A stretch of DNA of 64,000 nt, taken from positions 1-64,000 of IMG/VR virus record IMGVR_UViG_3300049847_000435; one strand, 5' to 3'. Shown here one piece after another: positions 59,450-64,000 of this stretch; position 1 is the stretch's first letter, and each line of letters opens with the position of its first letter. The notes under the pieces were generated by a model. It was not told where the DNA came from. It ran no database searches and was given only the letters and a program-made list of their open reading frames with translations. This stretch comes from a virus. The translations under genes were made by a program, and so were the position numbers.

Positions 59450-60736
59450 ATGAAACGAATGATCGACGCCTCGATGTGGGCGAATGAAAAGTTTGGCGAA
59501 CTACCAATGATTGCGCGATTGCTACTCGTCGGTATGATCACGATTGCCGACGATCAAGGTCGATTAAAGGCTAACCCAGCGTGGTTGCGTGCGCAGATAT
59601 TCCCATACGATGACATTGGCAGTGACGATGTAGATAATTCACTCTGCCTAATCGCTGACAACGAAACGGTATTGCTGTACGAGGTTGATGGAAAGCGATA
59701 CGCCCAGTTGGCGAACTGGTGGGACTACCAAAGCCTTCAATACGCCCAGCCATCAAAGCATCCGTGTCCATCTGGATGGAAAGACAGAATTCGCTACAAC
59801 TACAGCAAGGGCATGATTCTTTCGTGCAACTGGACATTGACAGATGGCAGCAAAGGGAAGGACACCTGTGACGAAAACGGGGTTCCCAATCAATCTCCTG
59901 AACTAAAAGGTAAGCATAATCCACCTGGAAATCCACCTGGAAATCCACCCGGAAATCCACCCGGAAATCCACCTGAACGTATAAATATAGATCAAGATCA
60001 AGATCAAATTAAAGATCAAGATACTAAGAGGGAGTGTGATCCTGTAGAGCCGCAAGCCACCCCCACTTTCGCTTCCGAAAATTCTCTGATTGTTTCGGAA
60101 AACAAATCGCCCGAAACTGAAATGCCCGAAACCGTTCCTGGCGTCGACGCGCAAACCCTGGAGCTTACCCGGCGCTGGTCAAGGAATGCCCCGTTACCGG
60201 TTCGGGTTCGCATGAATGCCCAGCAAGCTGCACTTGTTGCAGCCGAGCCGACGCCAGTATCCGATCCTCCATCACGGATTCAATCCGTATCCTTTCAGCC
60301 CCCTACGGGAAACCACGTGATCGGCACCGATGAAGGAAAAATAATCATTCCTGCATCGACTTGGACGGAAATGCTTGGGGCAATGCTCGACGGTTTAGGT
60401 CTTAGAGACCTAGCGTCAGCAGGCGTCGTGAAGGCGAAGCGAGACGCGGGCGACACGCTTGAGACACTTTCTCGGATGAGCCCGAAATTTAGGACAAGGG
60501 ATGGCATCCAAGAGTTGTTTTCCAGTTGGGCAAGAGCAAGACCCGATTACCCAGTTCCAAAACCGGCATGGCTTGAAGAACATGCGAGTTTATTTTTAGC
60601 AGGAAAAGTTCGTTATCAGGATGAAAAAAGGACAAAACAGCATGAAAGACGTTCACCAGGAAGCGACGGAAATCGTGCAGGCAATGCAGTCAACGCAGAA
60701 GACCTCTACCCGCAATATTCCCGCTTCGGCGCATAA
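59450..60736 (+). CDS. Phage replication initiator
   Basis: RMID..MW....F..L...ARLL..G....ADDQGR, IFPYD; internal repeats; precedes a DnaC-like gene. Confidence 0.8.
   Translation: MKRMIDASMWANEKFGELPMIARLLLVGMITIADDQGRLKANPAWLRAQIFPYDDIGSDDVDNSLCLIADNETVLLYEVDGKRYAQLANWWDYQSLQYAQPSKHPCPSGWKDRIRYNYSKGMILSCNWTLTDGSKGKDTCDENGVPNQSPELKGKHNPPGNPPGNPPGNPPGNPPERINIDQDQDQIKDQDTKRECDPVEPQATPTFASENSLIVSENKSPETEMPETVPGVDAQTLELTRRWSRNAPLPVRVRMNAQQAALVAAEPTPVSDPPSRIQSVSFQPPTGNHVIGTDEGKIIIPASTWTEMLGAMLDGLGLRDLASAGVVKAKRDAGDTLETLSRMSPKFRTRDGIQELFSSWARARPDYPVPKPAWLEEHASLFLAGKVRYQDEKRTKQHERRSPGSDGNRAGNAVNAEDLYPQYSRFGA
59918..60019 (+). repeat. Iteron-like repeats inside the initiator gene (candidate ori)
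   Basis: About 5 x AATCCACCYGGA, an AT-rich gap, then 4 x GATCAA. Confidence 0.7.
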
Positions 60737-61496
60737 AACCACATACCAGTGCTTAAGCTGCCAAGACACCGGCTATCTCGGATGGAAGACTCCGCACGCC
60801 GGTTATCAGGTCAAGGAGTGCTCTTTCTGCGAGTGCGAAAGAGGGCAAAAAACGCTTGAGTACTGGAAGCTACAATCGATCAAATCTCAGCAAAAACAAC
60901 TAGACTCCATCTTCTCAGGGGCTGGTATTCCTGCCCACTTCCGTGGATTCACCATTGAGAGCATGGTCGAACGCTGCGCGAAAGACCACGGCAAGAAAGA
61001 AGCTATCTCCACCGTCAAATCCTTTATCGAAAACGGCTACGTCGAAGACTCAATGAGCAAGCGCTATAAGAACGGCTTGGTTCTTTCTGGTGACTTCGGA
61101 CGCGGCAAGACGGGATTGCTTACGCCAGCGCTGCGCGGTATGTTGGAGTCCGGCAAGAGTGGTTTGTGGATTGAAACCTATGATTTCATTTCTGAGATTC
61201 AATCTGGCTACGAAGATGGTTCCAGCCTGAAACGGCTTGAGGCTGCCCAGCGATCCGACGTAATTCTCCTCGATGATTTTGGCGATAAAAGTCGTCTTAC
61301 CGCAGAGACGGACGACCGCCGTCGCATCATTTACCAACTCATCAACTACCGGCATAACAACGGGCTGCCCATGCTCATCACGACCAACCTCACCGCGGCA
61401 GAAATGTCGTTACAGTTCGGTCAGCGCACAGTCGAGCGCATCATCGAGAGTTGCGCGTGGGTCAAGGTTGGCGGCGATAACTTGCGATTATTCTGA
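60621..61496 (+). CDS. DnaC/IstB-like helicase loader
   Basis: CLSCQDTG..CEC, GDFGRGKT, LLDDFG, INYRH, ITTN, RIIE. Confidence 0.88.
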   Translation: MKKGQNSMKDVHQEATEIVQAMQSTQKTSTRNIPASAHKTTYQCLSCQDTGYLGWKTPHAGYQVKECSFCECERGQKTLEYWKLQSIKSQQKQLDSIFSGAGIPAHFRGFTIESMVERCAKDHGKKEAISTVKSFIENGYVEDSMSKRYKNGLVLSGDFGRGKTGLLTPALRGMLESGKSGLWIETYDFISEIQSGYEDGSSLKRLEAAQRSDVILLDDFGDKSRLTAETDDRRRIIYQLINYRHNNGLPMLITTNLTAAEMSLQFGQRTVERIIESCAWVKVGGDNLRLF

Positions 61497-61509
61497 TGAG
61501 CACGGAGGA

Positions 61510-62076
61510 ATGATGAGAAAACCACGAGCTACAATTCTAAGCGATGGAGAATTCCGCCAAATCTGGACAACATCTCACACAGTCGCCGAAGTGTGTGAAC
61601 GCACAGGCTATAGCCGCGATAGCGCGGTGCGCAGAGCCAGCGTGCTGGGGCTGCCTGGCTTTTGCCGAGTCAACAACGCAGTGACCCACCAAATCCACGA
61701 AGATCGCTGGTCTCATCAAGGCGAAGACGCCACACCGAACGCTATGCAGCTTTCGCACGCCGCCTACGCCGCCGGGATCGTTGATGCCACGGGTAGATTC
61801 GAGACAGTACGCGCTACAAGCGGTATTCTCGGACATCGGCTCACAGTCACGACACACAAAGCAGCATCACCGTCGCTTGAAATCCTGAAAAACGTGTACG
61901 GTGGCATCGTAGAATCTCCGCTCATCGGTCCCGGCGTGCGCAGTTCTACCAGTATCTCTTGGACGATTGAAACCGTAGAACTTTATAGGCTCATCAAGGC
62001 GATCTACGAAATGTCGCACCGATGGCGCGACGAGATGTACGCCGCGGTTCTCTTTTTTGAGCAACCAAAACGCTAG
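61510..62076 (+). CDS. HTH plus degenerate LAGLIDADG-like protein
   Basis: TVAEVCERTG HTH; AYAAGIVDATG. Confidence 0.5.
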   Translation: MMRKPRATILSDGEFRQIWTTSHTVAEVCERTGYSRDSAVRRASVLGLPGFCRVNNAVTHQIHEDRWSHQGEDATPNAMQLSHAAYAAGIVDATGRFETVRATSGILGHRLTVTTHKAASPSLEILKNVYGGIVESPLIGPGVRSSTSISWTIETVELYRLIKAIYEMSHRWRDEMYAAVLFFEQPKR

Positions 62077-62099
62077 ATTACGGAAATTAGGCGGAAATT

Positions 62100-62158
62100 A
62101 GTAATTAAAATTACACAAATTTTATTTCTTTATGAGTACACTAAAAATACATTTTAGG
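62100..62158 (+). promoter_or_regulatory. Repeated activator-type promoter, copy 5
   Basis: AGTA-N8-TACA-N21-TACACT-AAAAATACATTTTAGG upstream of parA. Confidence 0.75.
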
Positions 62159-62193
62159 TATTTCCGTAGTAGTTCAATCACATAGGAGTTGAG

Positions 62194-63099
62194 ATGTACA
62201 CGGTTACGTTATCGAAATTCAAGGGTGGAGTCGCCGCCACCGAAACGACAGTCCAGTTGGCGACCCTCTACGCGTTAGCCGGGTGGCGCGTGTTGGTTGT
62301 GGATACCGACCCCCAAGGCGGAGCGACAAAGCGCTTTTTCCCCAATGGCGATGGCGATGCTCTGCCCACGTTAGCGGACGCGGTGCGGGCATACGTTGCC
62401 GACCGCAAGAGCCCAGTCACGCCATTGAGCCAGGTAAACCGCATCACTCGCGTTCGTCAGGACGCTCGCAAGAAAGAATTTACGCCGATCTCTGTAGTGC
62501 CAGCCAGTCGAGCGCTTCAGGATGAAGAAAGCAACATCGGCAATATGCCGGTGGGGCGCACGAAGGTCTTAAAGCGCATGTTGGCGACGGTCGCCAACCA
62601 ATACGACTTGTGCCTGATCGACACCCCACCAGTGTTCGGCTACCTGAGCCGCAACGCCGTGGTGGCAGCCAATGGGCTGCTATTGCCGTTGCTGCCAGAA
62701 CCCGCCAGCTTCAACGCGTTGCAGGAGTTGCGCAACGAACTAGCGATGATGGCAGAGGAGGACGAGATACCCGCCATCGTCGGCACCATTGCCACTCGCT
62801 TCTGTGGCAAAAGCATCCGCCACGAGATCGGTGAGACGCTACTGAAAATCGCAGGCGGCGAAAATAGCATCGAGGCATTGAGTCTATTCGATGGCAGCCA
62901 GCACGAATTTAATGCAGGCTCTATCAACGGATTTAAAGCTCCCTATCTTGGCAGTGTCGCCAACGACAACAGTCAAGTATCGCCAGCCAATCTACGCAAG
63001 GCATACAAGCCAATCGCTAAGGCACTAGCGAAGAGTATCGGGCTGGGCGTGCTCAACTTTGAGGTGATGGAGGTGCAGAATGAGACAATTTCAAATTGA
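62194..63099 (+). CDS. parA: ParA/Soj family protein with a substituted Walker A
   Basis: KGGVAATET, VLVVDTDPQG, YDLCLIDTPP, NAVVAA..LLLP. Confidence 0.88.
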   Translation: MYTVTLSKFKGGVAATETTVQLATLYALAGWRVLVVDTDPQGGATKRFFPNGDGDALPTLADAVRAYVADRKSPVTPLSQVNRITRVRQDARKKEFTPISVVPASRALQDEESNIGNMPVGRTKVLKRMLATVANQYDLCLIDTPPVFGYLSRNAVVAANGLLLPLLPEPASFNALQELRNELAMMAEEDEIPAIVGTIATRFCGKSIRHEIGETLLKIAGGENSIEALSLFDGSQHEFNAGSINGFKAPYLGSVANDNSQVSPANLRKAYKPIAKALAKSIGLGVLNFEVMEVQNETISN

Positions 63100-63934
63100 G
63101 CAAAGCCAGGAGCGCCAGCTCGTGGAGATGGCAAAGTCTTTCGATTACCGTCTGTCCGATGAGGATTCCCGCGAAGAAGCGGTAGAAGCGACCGTGGCGG
63201 TATTGCGCATCCACAAGCAGTTGCATGGCGCTGCCTGGGATATGGGGCAGCTATTGACCGAACAAAAAGCGCGCTTAGATCATGGCACCTTCGGCAAGTG
63301 GCTGAACGAGGTATTGCGCTGGGAGCCGCGCTACGCGCAGCTTTACATGCAAATCTTCACGCGTTGGCCGGATAAAGAACTTTACCTTTCGTCCGGTGTT
63401 GGGCTGATGGATTTCTCAAAGCAGATCGCTTTATCCGCCGACAGCGCGCCGGAGTCCGCCACACAGCGCGTTGTCGAGATCGTCGCCGAACGCGGTGTAG
63501 CGCCCAGCGTACGCGAGATAAAGACGATTGTACGCGAAGAACAGGTCAAGGTGGCGATTGAATTGCCGCTTGAGGCAACCTGCGACGTAGTGCGCAAGTA
63601 CGCTCGCAATCAGGCAGTCGACCAGCGCTTTGAACGCGTTTCGTCTGTCACGATGGATGCCTTGCAGACGCTCGCGCCACGCGGCACGAAGTTAAGCGAG
63701 GGTGTTGTTAATCAGGCGAAGTCCCAGGTGCTCGACGAGATCGAAACGGTTCCCGCACCGGCGATAGTGCGATCTACTCAGTTCAGCCCGCGTTACGTGC
63801 CCGCCGATGATTTGGATCGGCAAATCACGCAACGGGTAACGCTCAGTACTCAGCAATGGAACACACTCGCCCAACTGGGCGATGGTGACTGCGACAGGGG
63901 TATAGCCAGACTTCTGGAGCGAATAGAGGAATAA
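63080..63934 (+). CDS. DUF3102-like protein with a C-terminal RHH-like segment
   Basis: G..L...KARL.HG.F.KWL.......R.AQ.YM; RVTLS..QW..L..LG.G....GI.RLL. Confidence 0.65.
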   Translation: MRQFQIEQSQERQLVEMAKSFDYRLSDEDSREEAVEATVAVLRIHKQLHGAAWDMGQLLTEQKARLDHGTFGKWLNEVLRWEPRYAQLYMQIFTRWPDKELYLSSGVGLMDFSKQIALSADSAPESATQRVVEIVAERGVAPSVREIKTIVREEQVKVAIELPLEATCDVVRKYARNQAVDQRFERVSSVTMDALQTLAPRGTKLSEGVVNQAKSQVLDEIETVPAPAIVRSTQFSPRYVPADDLDRQITQRVTLSTQQWNTLAQLGDGDCDRGIARLLERIEE

Positions 63935-64000
63935 GGTGCGCTTGCCAAAGCCAGGAAGCACAACAAGCGCACCCAACAAAAAAAAGCGCAGCGGAGCTAC

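Noticed and set aside
61510-62076. Mobile intron or intein homing endonuclease
   Set aside because: A single degenerate LAGLIDADG-like motif, with no interrupted host gene or splicing motifs
1-64000. Diversity-generating retroelement or retron
   Set aside because: No reverse transcriptase and no template/variable repeat pair seen

Overview
The whole window is temperate tailed-phage DNA, and no host housekeeping context is visible. The host is probably Chloroflexota, inferred from a secreted protein ending in the YLPIV-type motif. The minus strand at 1-16 kb carries the tail module (tape measure, frameshifted tail chaperone, tail tube) and a Mu-like head module (gpT capsid, gpI protease, gpF, gp29-like portal). 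A plus-strand block (spoVS, a Dam-like MTase, a secreted protein) interrupts the head module. The plus strand at 16-41 kb carries dnaN, ssb, dcd, thyX, MazG, DUF5131, an FtsK-domain ATPase, a Cre-like recombinase, several DNA MTases and terS/terL. At 42.8-50.3 kb there is an SNF2-IbrA-IbrB-MTase module. At 50-64 kb there are early genes, an HTH regulator, an integrase beside a tRNA-Lys-derived attP, a replication initiator with its DnaC-like loader, and a ParA lacking the Walker A lysine next to a DUF3102/RHH partner. The main non-coding signals are five copies of a CRP/NtcA class-II-like promoter heading plus-strand operons, six copies of a 24-bp palindrome, a perfect 46-bp palindrome, an atypical tRNA-Met and candidate structured RNAs. 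All family calls come from motif recognition by eye; no database search was run.
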